From: Callorhinchus milii
Lineage: Eukaryota
NCBI RefSeq assembly: GCF_018977255.1
Contig: NW_024704743.1
Span: forward strand, 47,804,001-47,868,000
Direction: 5' to 3'
Length of the DNA: 64,000 nucleotides
Position 1 is the stretch's first letter; every line of letters begins with the position of its first letter. Below, piece after piece: positions 12,488-25,080 of this stretch. The notes below the pieces were generated by a model. The model was given only the letters and a program-made list of their open reading frames with translations, did not search any database and was not told the origin of the DNA. Both the position numbers and the translations under genes were made by a program.

Positions 12488-12806
12488 CAATAATAATAAT
12501 AATAATAATCCTTGCATTTTATATAGCGCTTTTCACGTCGGGAGGACGTCCCAAAGCGCTTCACAGAACACACTGTAAAGTGAATTGACTGTATATTTGT
12601 GGGCGAACGCGGCAGCCAATTGCGCACAGCGATGTCCCACAAACAGTCGTAGATTGAAAATGACCAATTTATTGTTGTTTTTGGTTTTGGAGGGATTATT
12701 ATTAGGCTCTGTGTGGAGTAAGGAAACTTGCCCAAGGTTTCGCCCTCTGCCTGGAATTGAACTCAGGTCTCTCACTTGCAAAGCGAGTGCTCTAACCACT
12801 GAGCTT
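12488..12806 (-). mobile_element. Young tRNA-derived SINE, abutting an older Deu-type SINE fragment (12808-12880)
   Basis: Reverse complement of the 60520-60843 family, immediately upstream of the TAX1BP1 promoter. Confidence 0.92.
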
Positions 12807-14488
12807 CAGCACGTCCACCTGAACAGACACGTGGGACTTCAGTTTAAAGTCTCATCTGAAGGATGGCACCTACAACATTTTAGGCTTAGACCAATCAAAT
12901 GCCCGACTGGTATCAACTCACTACTTAACTATGACAGTACTATCAACTGACCCGGGTTGACACCCTGTATTTTTGTTCTGAAATGGACATCAGTCCGCAT
13001 TGGGATATTCATTTTGTTTCTGATTAATTTCATTCTGTCCTGTGCTTGTAGATGTTTCTTTTTACATTAAAGACTCTAATGGGAGCTTTTTTTTTGGTTC
13101 TGTGAGTTCTTCCTTTGTATAGGTTCAGTGAGATGCCGAAAGAGTCTCCCACATTCTGCAGTAGTATTTAAATTTGAAGAAGGGCTTTAATTTTTACAGT
13201 GCCTCATCACATATAAGCACCTTCAAGTGTTTTAGGGTAACTAGTGTCAAGTGTTGTAGGCAAAAACAGCAGTTGTTTGTCCGAGTAAGGTCCCTCAAAC
13301 TATAAGCCTAGACTATGACCACATTTGCAGAAATCTCCAACCTAAGTTCTGGTCCCTACTTTAAGAGTCAAAGTTGGCAGAAAACTCAACCATCTGAATT
13401 ATTGGCTATGGGTGTCTAGACTTAGAATTGACAGACTGCCAAACATATGTCTAACAGGCAATACTGCACACAAATACTATTTTTCCATGGTAGAACTTTG
13501 TTCTCAAGAAATCTTTTAATGAGGTTTGGGCGAAGGATATATGGGGGGGTGGAAACAGGTGTAGCAACCCTCCATTCGGTGTATATCATAAATAAGGAAC
13601 TTGCTTGTTAAAAGAATGTAACAAAATAAGCCCACAAATTTATCAATCGTGGGCATGATCCAATTTTACTAAATTTAAAAAAAAAGATCTTACTCTTTAT
13701 TTTAGAAGTGTCTTTCGCACAAATGAAGGCAGCCTAATATTTATATTACTATAATTATCAAGCAAAAGCATCAAAAGTGTTAGGTTTCTAAGCTCATCTC
13801 CTGATATGTTGTTATATTTATTTTTTTGGAAGATCTTACAAGAGCTCCTTAATTATAAATTGTGGAGTCATTTATACCCTCCTCGCAAAAGCGCTAAAAC
13901 TTTATTACATCCTCTTACAAGAATATGATTCTGTCTTTCTAGACATTATTTTAGGTTGTCTTCCCGAAGGGTTATTTTTTAAAACAAAAATTTTCCTTCT
14001 AATTGGTTACCATAACAATTTCCACTACAAACTGTTTTATTTTAGTAGCTGGCAGTTGCTGAGTGGCAATATTCCAATTGATCATTCACTCTTTAACAGG
14101 AAAATTGCTCTGGGTATTTGGGTACAGAAAATAAAGGGGCAATTTGTAGACAAAAACAAATCCTGGCAAACAATACTCCATGATTTGACAAGGAGCTGCA
14201 TACAAGTTTCCCTGCACAGCACCTCCAAATCTTTACATCCATTTTATCTCTCTATAAAATGGTCCCTTAGAAATGAATCAGCTACACGACATTGTTTGGC
14301 AGATGTGAAAGTATATTTTCAAAAAACATGCTAATTTTACTGACCATTATTAATATGGTGTGAAATAAATGAAAATGTCTTTCTAGATTTCTTTTTGCAT
14401 TAGTCTTATTCATTGTGACATTATAATCTTTATTTGGGATTTGACTTTATCTCCTTTTGTGTGTTCAGTTTTCTCATTAGGATCACAT

Positions 14489-15147
14489 TTTATTGGTGAG
14501 ATGAGTGTTTGACACATGTGGAAACTCATCACCATGCTTAAGAATATCCAAACCAGACTGAGAGGTCCCGTATTTATGCCACTTACACACAGAACATTTC
14601 CTGTGTTTGGAAATGGAAGCGCACTCTCTCCCTGAAGGGATTTACTGTGCTCCTAATTATGGAGATTATTAGACACTGGTTGGCAAGAGACAAGGCTTGG
14701 GAACCCCAAAGTTAGAGTACTGTTGGAGTTTAACCAGGTGAAACCTCGTAGCTTGCCATTGATAACACAGCTAGCAAACGTTCCCCTGCTTGTCCAGAAA
14801 GGATCATCCTATCTGTTATACAGCTTTGGCTTGTGGGTGACCAAGCAATGAGCAGGAAGAATCCACATGACTGGTCTACCCCTCCAAATCCTGTCAACAA
14901 GCCTGGTTGGCTGGTCTGTCATCAGCAGTGCCCTGAAGTACTGTGGACTAGCCTGGCCCAGGAATCGGACCACCAAGACCACCACAGTGTTAATTCCGAC
15001 ATTCTGTTACCAAGCATGTCACCTTGGAGCCAGCTCAGCTTCAAGGTGACATGCGTGGTAACAAATTCTCTCCCCCCCACAATTCTCTTGCCCCTGCACC
15101 CCCCCCCCCACCCCCGAACCCCACCTCCGCACTCCAAGGAGAATAGT
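14489..15147 (-). repeat. Copy of the unclassified ~580-bp repeat
   Basis: Same ordered blocks, ending ccaaggagaatagtc. Confidence 0.85.
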
Positions 15148-15644
15148 CTTAAGACAACTCAGAATGTTTAGTGAGAGCAGTAAACACCAAGCAAGAACTA
15201 AATGTGTAGATGTGACCAAAGGCACAAAAGAGCTAGGATTTAAGAGAGTTTTTAAAGTTTTTGAGAGCTAGAAGAGAGATAATCTGCCAAAACAACTTCA
15301 GATTGAAGCCTTAGACTCCACATGTGGAGTGCGGGGAGTGAGGCACAAAAGGAAGACTAAACAATGAGATGGGGGGTTATGTTTGGAGTGGATTATACAG
15401 ATAGGGTGAAGCAGGGCAATGGAGGAATTTGAAAATGAAAATCTTAACATTGTTTTTTAGTAGACTGAGTCATAGGAGCTTAGCAACTTGATCTGTAGAT
15501 GGCTGATGAGTAAAGAGTAGAACCAGAATAAAACCATTGAAAAAATGTATCCTGAAGGATGTTAAAGGTCCCATGGATAAGCAGTTGCAATGGCAGTGAG
15601 TCAGTGGTTTAAGCTTTACTTTTTAATGCATGTATGCATTGAGA

Positions 15645-16395
15645 TGGGTGTGTCAGCCTGGCTCCGTTTGTACCACTCTAACTCTCTGAGTCAGAAGGTT
15701 ATGGGTTCAAGCCCCAAGTCTGTATTTGGAACTCATATCGTCTAAGATGAAGCTCCAATGCAGAGCTGGGGTTGTGCTGCATTGTTGGAGGTGATATCCT
15801 TCAGGTGAGACGGTAAACCAAGGTCCCACGTACCTGCACAGGTGGATGTTAAAGGTCCCATGGCACTATTTGAAAAGAGAAGGAAGTTTCTCCTGGTGTT
15901 CTGACCAACACCCAAAATAAAAATGGTCATTCACTCCATAATAATAATAATAATCCTTGCATTTGATATAGCGCTTTTCACGTCGGGAGGACGTCCCAAA
16001 GCGCTTCACAGAACACTGTAAAGTGAATTGACTGTATATTTGTGGGCGAACGCGGCAGCCAATTGCGCACAGCAATGTCCCACAAACAGTCGTAGATTGA
16101 AAATGACCAATTTATTATTGTTTTTGGTTTTGGAGGGATTATTATTAGGCTCTGTGTGGAGTAAGGAAACGTGCCCAAGGTTTCGCCCTGCCTGGAATTG
16201 AACTCAGGTCTCTGACTTGCAAAGCGAGTGCTCTAACCACTGAGCTACAGGACTCCATGGCTATTTGTGGGACATTGCTGTGTCCAAATTACCACATCTG
16301 CACACAAAACACAGTCACTACACTTTACAGCATATCCATTGAAGCGCTGAGAGATCCTCCCAATGTGAAAGATGCAAATGTGAGGATTATTATTA
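15645..16395 (+). mobile_element. Older Deu-domain SINE (SacSINE1/AmnSINE-like), split by the young SINE
   Basis: Different head (ctctgagtcagaaggttatgggttcaagcccc) and core cttcaggtgagacggtaaacc.aggtcc..caggtggatgttaaaggtcccatggcactatttg. Resumes at 16259 with ggctatttgtgggacattgctgtg. Family name recalled from memory. Confidence 0.75.
15939..16258 (-). mobile_element. Young tRNA-derived SINE nested in an older SINE
   Basis: Same family; the flanks continue an older + strand SINE. Confidence 0.92.
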
Positions 16396-17014
16396 TGTGT
16401 TACCAAAATAATACTACTACTACTAATAATAATACTTTTCATGAGGTTGTAATTATAATTATCCTTCCATTTGACTTGGTGCCTATCATATAGAAATGTC
16501 TCAAAGCCATTTATGGTGGTTACAGTTAAGTGCAGTGATCATATATGTTCAAGAACATGGCAGCTAATTTGGGCATAGCAATGTTCCACAAACAGACTTA
16601 TGAAGCATACTCTAATTTCTCTCATTAAAAACTGTAAACAATGATGTAAATGAAATCTCCCAAAACACTTGCAACAAAGATAACTGAATTAAGTTGAAAA
16701 ATGAGCATGAAATGTCTTGTGCCTGACCTACTTGATGGAAATGAAAAACAAGAACATCATGGAAAAAGGCAATAGTCCAATGTTCCAGTCTTCCTTTTCA
16801 CACGACAAATCAAAATAACAGGTGTATATGTATAGTCATTAAAAAAAAGTAAACGTCTAGCATCCTTTCCACATGTTCCCTCTTACATATATGGTTGAAA
16901 GAGAGTTCATTGTTTAGATTATTTAGCAGATACTATCCGTAACTTGCGTCCAGACTTCCTTTGCATTAGCTACTAGGGGTATGAAATATCCATCTGATAT
17001 TTCCTTACCATTTT

Positions 17015-17745
17015 TCTTTCTGGTCAGCCAATTGAACAACACATGTGGAAACCCATTACCATACTTAAGATTATCCAAACCAGACTGAGAATTTTAAATA
17101 TACTTACACGTGGATATTTCCCTTGTTTGCAATGGTATGGGACATTGGAATAGTTTAGAATACCACCCTCCTGAAGGCACTATGTAAATGTAAATGATTG
17201 TTGTTGTTAACCCTGCAAGCTAAAGCCCTAATGGTTAGTGTGGTCCTAAATAGACAAGCAGTGAGAAGCTTGCCAGGCAATGCTCTCAAATAAAACGCTA
17301 TGAGGTTTCAGCTGGTTAAAGTCCAGCAATACCCCAGTGAACACTCTGGGATCCCTAAGCCTTGGCTATTGCCAACGTATGCTAATACTCCCTGGAATTA
17401 GGTTAGCAGGGAGCATCCCTCTAAGATGAGAGTGCATATTCCATTCCAAACACAGGAAAATATCCATATGTATGTGTAACTCTCAGTCTGGTTTGTATGT
17501 TCTTAAGCATGGTGATGGGTTCTGCATGTGTTAGACACCCGACTGACCAAACAAAATGGAATGGTATGCATATTCTTTCCCTGGAAGGACATAACATGTT
17601 GAACTATTTTTGGAAAGCACATGCACAAGTTCACAAGAGCCAAAAGTTGGGAACCCCAGAGTGTCGGTTAGGGGACTGCTGAAACTTAACAAGCTAAAAC
17701 TATGCAGCTTGTCATTGTGAATACTGTCTGGCAAGCTTCCCACTC
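17015..17745. repeat. Three fragments of the ~580-bp repeat in alternating orientation
   Basis: 17015-17180 (-), 17205-17555 (+), 17556-17745 (-). Confidence 0.75.
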
Positions 17746-18021
17746 CATGATTCACAGTTTAGCTGAGATTAAGCATTCCTTATGTGCAAAGTTGTAGGTA
17801 TGAATCTAGTGTCTCAGTTTTACAGTGCATGGGCCCTCCAATTTACAACATCATTTTGTAAATATCTAAATTACAGCTAAACTCAGTTTTCAGTGGACTC
17901 TGCTAAAACAGAAGGGTAATTTTACATACTAAAAATCTGTTTAATGCTGAATTAAACTGAAAATAGAACTCCAATAGAAAGAAAAATCACAGAGGTTTCT
18001 CTAATGCATAACTAAATGGAT

Positions 18022-18370
18022 AAAGGGACTGTATGGTGTATTATTAAACGATTCGAACTAGAAGGTCACATATTTGAATCTCAATTTGTGCTGAATTATC
18101 TGATCTAAATCAGGCCAACAGTTGTGAAGCTCGGGGGGAAAACAGTCACTATTTAGTGACTTATTCTGGAAAATATGCACTTGTGGATGATGTGTGAGAT
18201 CAGGATTAGCTTGGTTCTAATGTGGATTGCAATCAAATAAAGTAGTTTGCTAACATTCACTGTCCAGTTTCACAGAAGAATTAGCAAATTGGGCAAGAAA
18301 TTGGAGAGTTGCTCATGGAATTATAAACGCAGCAAGAATCAGCACCTGCAGAAAAAGGGGAAAAATTGGT
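18022..18370 (+). mobile_element. Ancient SINE-like repeat (third family); related copies at about 4880-5165, 6170-6490 (-), 39945-40280 and 41990-42090
   Basis: Shared segments agtgac..ctggaaa.tgca..tgt.gga, cactgtc.ag..tcaca..gaagaat.gc.a.ttgg and an AG-rich end, plus a degenerate tRNA-like start. Confidence 0.5.
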
Positions 18371-18984
18371 AATAAATAAAAGAAACGGTCAGGAACATCT
18401 CCTAGCAGTAGTACCTAGTGTATCTACATATCTTTATTAGCATACTTTGTTAAAATGTAATAAGAACTTTTAAGACTTTACTAGCACCAACTATTTTCAC
18501 AGCAATTTAACATAATCAGAAAAATGTGTTCAAGTACTGAACTTTAAATTAATTTTATAAAACTTTATTGGAATTTTTATGAACATTTTAAAACAACGTA
18601 ACAGAGATTATTTAAATTGAATTAAATGGAGATCCCAAACATTCACACCAAATTGATCAGTATCTGAAAGATCGGTCAATGTTTTGATAATAACCCTTCA
18701 CCATAAACGAAAAGAGGAACACTCTAAATAGGATAGAGGATAGCAAGAAAACAAACATATTAAATAGAAATTGGTGAATTATTACATCAGGAGGCAGTTC
18801 ATTTGGTCAGATAACAGTAAAGCAAGTGTTTTTATTAGCTGAGTCGTACAAGTTGGAGTTCTGTATTGATACTTAGGAAGTTCCAATGGCTTTATTGTGC
18901 ACCACACAATTTAAATACCAATTTATTTGGGTCAGGTAGCTTTGCAAGGGAGTATTAGCATTGACCTGGTTGGTTCAAATCGAA

Positions 18985-20070
18985 GCATGGCATCAATGTA
19001 ATATTAAGTCTCTCATAAAAATATGTACTGAAGCCAGGCTTAAAGCACATTGGTGAGAGGATTAATGCAAGAATCAATTCAAATTGGTTCAAGGCTCAAT
19101 GAATATTGTTACAAGGATCAAATCCACATATGTGTAAGGATCAATGAACTTTGACATGAGGATCAGTCAATATTGGTACAAGGCTCAAAGTATATTGTCA
19201 CAAGGATTCCCCCACATTGGTGAAAAGATCAATATATCGCGATGAGGTTCAAAAGTATAATTTGTGCAGTGAAAGGCAAAATATACATGGAGATGAGGCT
19301 CATCGATGGAATTCACATCAATAGATAATAATAATAATAATCCTTGCATTTGATATAGCGCTTTTCACGTCGGGAGGACGTCCCAAGGCGCTTCACAGAA
19401 CACACAATAAAGTGAATTGACTGTATATTTGTGGGCGAACGCGGCAGCCAATTGCGCACAGCAATGACCCACAAACAGTCGTTGATTGAAAATGACCAAT
19501 TTTTATTATTGTTTTGGGTTTTTTGGAGGGATTATTATTAGGCGTGTGGAGTAAGGAAACTTGCCCAAGGTTTCACCCTGCCTGGAATTGAACTCAGGTC
19601 TCTCGCTTGCAAAGCGAGTGCTCTAACCACTGAGCTACAGGACTCCACATACATAGATATTGACACTCAATGTATATAGGGGTTCAAGTTACATTGGCAC
19701 AAGGCTCAGTGTACATCAATAGAAGTGGAGAGGGCTCATGTACATGGAGCTGCACATCAATGTACATTAATCCTCACATCAATATATATTGAACCTCAAT
19801 GTGTGTAGAGGTTTGCATTAATGTACATTGATGCAAAGATCCACAAACATTCATTGGCAAACTCCATGCATTGATTCAAGGCTCATCATATTCAGATGCC
19901 TCTACGGTTTTGGAGCCTCAAGTCAAAGATCATAGGGTTTTGCATGAGCTTCACATTGGTGGACATATCACCTGCACATCAATGCACTGAGAGCTTCAGA
20001 TATGTATATTGGGAGCCTGCATGAACACACATAGAAATTTGTACATAAAATCTCCCATCAATGTATATAC
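18985..20070. repeat. Degenerate ~22-bp tandem array with palindromic core TCAATGTACATTGA
   Basis: Consecutive units aaggctcaatgaatattgttac / aaggatcaatgaactttgacat / gaggatcagtcaatattggtac / aaggctcaaagtatattgtcac. Interrupted by a SINE. Confidence 0.75.
19326..19648 (-). mobile_element. Young tRNA-derived SINE inserted in the degenerate 22-bp array
   Basis: Same family; imperfect flanking duplication cacatcaatagata / cacatacatagata. Confidence 0.92.
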
Positions 20071-20659
20071 TACTTCAAATTATTGTTTATAGAGCCTTGG
20101 AGGGAGCATTTGATATGACATATCCATTTGTAGACAAGACCTAAAGGTTCAACTCTGGGCAGTTAGTATTTCTTATCCCAGTAGAAATACTCCCCACTTT
20201 GCTCATATCCATCCTGCTTTGTTTCCATTTTTGCCTCAGATGAGCATTAGCCATTTCTTCTGCCACCTGCTCCCACCTTTAATTGTGGACAGCTGTGAAG
20301 CTACAAGTCTCCTGACATCTGTGGACAGGTTTTACTGCTGGCTGACAACATATGCACTGTAAACTATGCAAACCGGTAAATGGTCCAGTGGGAAAAACGA
20401 TGAAAAGAAACAAATATACCAATAAAGGAAACAGGGCTTAAATAGAACTGGGTAACAAGTCACAAACAGTTGTGAGAAATGTACCGTTTGAAATTGAAAG
20501 TTAACCCTCCCGAGCCGCATTTGTGACAGGTTGGATCAACTGATACTCCATTGCAATGCTGCGGCGGGTAGGGGGTGGGGGGTGGGGGTTAGGGTTGGAG
20601 GGGAGTTACGATTGAGGGGGCTAGGGTGGGGTGGGGATTAGGGTAGGGGGTGGGGTTGC

Positions 20660-21300
20660 ATTGTCGAAGGTGGTGTCCTTTGGACGAAAAATTAAACCGA
20701 GGTCCTTCTACTTGTTCAGGTGGACGTTAAAGATCCGATGGCTATATTCAAAAAAGGAAGTTTTTCCCAGGAGGTTAACAAACCCACCAAATAAAATTGG
20801 TCACTCACTCCACGGCTGTTTGTGGGACATTGCTGTGTGCAAATTGGCTAACGAGTTCACCCATAAAGCACCAATAGTTACACCACTTTACAGTATGTCC
20901 TGACAAGCGCTTTGAGATATCACCACATATGGTGCTATATCAAGTGCAAGAATTATATATTTATATTTATTATCTGCTGTCCTTTGGCTGAGTTTTAAAC
21001 TGAAGACCTGATTCTGTGTTGAAGCCCCATGCTATGAAGTTACATCATCTAAGTTGACTCTCCAACGGGGTGCTGAGGAGTGCTCCACTGTTGGTGGTGT
21101 TGTCCTTCAGATGAGATGTTAAACCAAGATTCCAGCTGCCTGTTCAGGTGGAAGATCCCATGGTGTAATTCTGAAAGGGAAGGAAGTTTCTCTTGGTGTC
21201 CTAGCCAACAATCCCGCAAATAAAAAAATGATCATTCACTTCATGGTTTGTGTGCCATTGTTGTGTGCAAAATGAGCTGACTTGCTTTCCTATGAAATAT
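20660..21300 (+). mobile_element. Two tandem older Deu-type SINE copies (about 20660-20960 and 20990-21300)
   Basis: Both carry gtccttt/cag..gatg..ttaaacc.ag..gttcaggtgga..agatcc.atgg. Further copies at about 22965-23225 and 44505-44760. Confidence 0.75.
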
Positions 21301-21430
21301 AGAGTGTATTTTTCCCCTCCAATTAATTATATTATTAATATTTGCAATTTTTAAATACAATTTACTAATATATAATGTACAATTTAGAAGTTTCACAATT
21401 CATTCATTTTATTCAAATAAGACCAACTAG

Positions 21431-21954
21431 TGACTATCCTCCTTGGGACAAGATAAGCAGGCCTTCCTTGGAGCTGAACTAGCTCCAAGTTGACATGTTT
21501 GGCAATGGAATATTGGAATCGAGCAAACCCTCTGTGGCAGTCTTGCTGGTCCAGTTCCTAAGCCAGGTGGATCTCCAGGACACTGCTGATAACAGCACAG
21601 CCAGCCTGGCTCATCAGCAGATCTTGAAAGGGCAGAATCATTACTGGGAGCATGGGAGTCACTAACTCCAAAGTGTACATTGGTGTACTACCACAATCTA
21701 ACTAGCTGATCAACTGTAGCAGTACACCCAACGTACACTCTGGGCTCCCCAAGCCTTGGCTCTTGCCAACCTACGCCTAATGCTGTCCGGAATTAGGTAA
21801 GCAGCATGCATCTCTCTAGGTAGAGAGTACAATTCCATTCCAATACATATTTCATGAATTTATAGGCAGGCTACAAGGAACTGTTTAGTTTGGATACTCT
21901 TAAGCATGGTGATGGGTTTCTGCATGTGTCAGACACCTGTCTAACCCCCCAAAA
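21431..21954 (+). repeat. Unclassified ~550-600 bp interspersed repeat (reference copy; strand arbitrary)
   Basis: Begins TGACTATCCTCCTTGG, contains hairpin CCTTGGAGC-7nt-GCTCCAAG, ends in hairpin GTCAGACA-CC-TGTCTAAC plus an A-rich run. Homologous copies are listed separately. Confidence 0.85.
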
Positions 21955-24399
21955 TGAGGCTTACTTTGATTGTAGCTTTTTAATGTTTGAATCAGATATG
22001 TAATTATCGATTATGATCTATATTTGTTTTACATTTTCGCCTTTCTGTTAGCCAGTCTAATATCTTCACCTTCATTTTTTTTAAATACTGTATAAACTCT
22101 CGCCAACTCTTATTCATGTTCACATTTATTGAAGAGTATCCATTCAATTTGCAAATCTAATACAAGTATTCACAAGATTGGTTTGGATGAAGAGGCTTTT
22201 TGGCCCATCTGATCTCATCCCTCCAGAATACCTACCTTACAATCCTCCTATCCAGCGCCTTGGGATGTCCTCCCAATGTGAAAGGTGCTGAACAAATGTA
22301 ATTTTGTTGTTGTTGTATTACAGCATCAAGCTGCTTTTTAATTGAGTCCGGTGACCTGGCTTCAACCATCCTCACTGGCAATGTGTTTTAGAGGAAGAAT
22401 CCTTTCACAAACCAAAATGCTCAACAGACAGTAAAACGATAAAACAGTAAAACGATATTCTCTGTTCTCCACCTGTTCTTAACTTTGTTTTAAAAAAATG
22501 GCTTATTCTAAATATCATACAGAATGTTGTTATATTTCCAGCACAGATAGTAAAATTACAATATTGTAGCAATCCATTTTTCTGACATTTTGCTTCAAGA
22601 GAATCGAACTGGAGACTACAGAATAGGCCAACAATTTTTTTAAAAGTTGAGGAATGCAGTTTATTGCAACATTGTTCTTTTGTCTCTGGATTTTTCAGAT
22701 AGGTTTTCAGGAGGTTATTCTAAATGAAATGAGTTTGCCAGGTCAGTAATTTGATGAAGGTATTGAACTGGAACAGTCAGTATACAATGCAATTCTAAAG
22801 TTTTGGAAGCAAGGAATGCATATTAATGAAATGATAAAGAACATGTTTTATCTTGTAGCTAATCACTGCAATAAACAACCATAGAATTTCGAGCTATGTT
22901 TTTCTACTGTCCTCTGTTCCTTCACTACATAAACAATATTACCGTTTAGGGTACATTTTGCCTTGACTCAGGTGGATGGGTAAGATCCATGGCACTACTT
23001 GAAAAGAGAAGAGAGTTTCTCCCGGGACCCTGGACAACCCGCTCCACCACCCCCAAATAAAATTGGTCACTTGTTTCATGACTGTTTGTGGGACATCGCT
23101 GTGCTCAACTGTGCTGCCACATTTGCCTACAAATACACAGTCACTTCATTTCACAGTAAATCCTGTGAAGCGCTTTGAGACGTCCTTCTGACATGATATG
23201 GCACCATAACAAATGCAAATATTATTAAGGATTATTGTTTATTTTCTGCATTGGCTTAACTTCCCACTCCGCTAACTTATCTATGACCTCCTATCGTCTT
23301 CTGCAAACCTCCTCACATTAAAACAATTCTTTGTCATAATTTAGCAGAATTTTAGCATCTACAGTTTTTGACAATTATAAATGTAAAGGGGAATACAGTA
23401 ATTAGTAAAACAGGTTTTATTGTCATAACATGTTTATTAGAAGTTCATATTTTAAGACCTTTTTAAAACATGTCCTATATCATAGTATCTGTGGAAAAAA
23501 ATTAAAATAGGTCTGGCATTCATAATAGTTTATAATTTTCAGGTTGATGTCTTACTCCTTTCTTGAATAATGAGATATAACATTTGCCCTCCTCCATTCC
23601 TTAAGGTTAAGATTTTTTATGGAGTTCCTAAAAATATTCGCCAGAATCTAATTTATTTCCTCTCACATTTCATTGCAGATTTCAGGGAATGTGCCATCTG
23701 AATTAAATGCCTATAGATACTTAATTATTTTGAGGTTCTCCTGCTTATTGTAGTTTATATCCCTTTCACATCCAAATTCATCCCCAAAATGTAAGGTCTA
23801 TTCATCTCATTATTGTACATAGGATGCTTCTGATACAAATTAGCCTACAGGGTGTTTGCCTACCAACCAACAACTAATTAATCTTAGGTAAAGCAGTTTA
23901 AGGTAAAAGGTGCAATATAAATATAAATTTTCATAAAAATATGACATCCTAAACCCAGTCACTGCCTTTTATGGTTATTGGCACTCAACCTATGTGCAAA
24001 GGAAGCTAACAGGAGTTGGACTCCATTCAGGCTTGACTGGAGTTCCAGTGATAATTTGGCACCAGCCCCAAAGGCTAATTGAGCACTAGGTATAAAGCCG
24101 TGGGTTAGTTAGAAGGGAGGGAAATCTGGAGTTGACGGATATGAAGAGATAATCAAAATAAACTCTTTCTTTGTTAAAACTGTTGTGCAAGTTTTGTTTT
24201 TTCGGTGTAGCCATGCCCTCCTGCAAGCAGTAACACATATTTTCTCCATTTCCATTTATTAGAAGCTCCAGCAGTGTGCTGAACATTCCTATTCACTCTA
24301 CTTACAAGGTGCTATTTAAATGCAAGTAGTTATGATTGTGCAACTTACACTGTATCTAAGAATGACCAGATCAGCAGGTGCCAGTCCTTATGCCAGATA

Positions 24400-25080
24400 T
24401 GCCAGCCGGGTGTCTGGCACATGCGGAAACTATGCTTAAGAGTATTCAAACCAAATTGAGAGTTCCATGCATCCCACCTATACACAGAAATTCCTTTGTA
24501 TTGGAATGCAAATTGCACTTCTCCCTGAAGGGATGCATTCTGCTAGAGTACTTCCAAATTGTAGAGGGTGACCAAAAAGTCATGATACCATTACAAAGTC
24601 TAATAGATCTGAACAAAATTATGATAAAATTTTGTTTTTTAAGATAGTGGGGTAGTTATCATGACTTTTTGGTCACTCTGTATTAGGCACAGAACCAAGA
24701 GTTAGGGACATCAGAGTATGTGTAACAGGTAATGCTAAAACTGGATAGCTTGCAATTGAAAACACTGTTTGATAACCTTCCCACTGCTTGTCCAACCAGA
24801 ACCACCCAACCAGTTAGGGCTTTGGCTTGCAAAGTTAATAGGAGGTGAGTAGGAAAAATCTCTTCCCCCAGTGACTGGTCTGCCCCTCCATGTACTGCGA
24901 ATGAGCCAGGCTGGCTGTACTGTCATCAGCAGTGCCCTGGAGACCCGCCTGGCTCAGGAATCACACAACTGAGATTGCTGAGAGGTTGATTCAATGCTGA
25001 CATTTCATTGCCAAACATGTCACCTTGGAGCCAGTTCAGCTCCATGGAGACCCCATTTACCTCCCCCCAGGAGGATAGTT
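24400..25080 (-). repeat. Copy of the ~580-bp repeat carrying a MITE insertion
   Basis: Same blocks, interrupted at 24564-24680; ends ggaggatagt. Confidence 0.85.
24564..24680. mobile_element. 117-bp Tc1/mariner-type MITE
   Basis: 24-bp TIRs gagggtgaccaaaaagtcatgata / tatcatgactttttggtcactctg (2 mismatches), with TA on both sides. Other copies of the host repeat have a single TA here (ttccagaaagTAttaggc). Confidence 0.85.

Noticed and set aside
11877..12588. Several 80-156 aa ORFs in the TAX1BP1 CpG island
   Set aside because: GC-rich sequence lacks stop codons by composition; no recognisable domain; parts run into SINE sequence.
12533..12950. Recurrent small ORFs (..KRFGTSSRREKRYIKCKDYYY, MTVYLWANAAANCAQ..) as a gene family
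   Set aside because: They are translations of the young SINE consensus, repeated at each copy.
18985..20070. CRISPR-like repeat-spacer array
   Set aside because: Eukaryotic context, contiguous degenerate units without unique spacers, and no cas genes.
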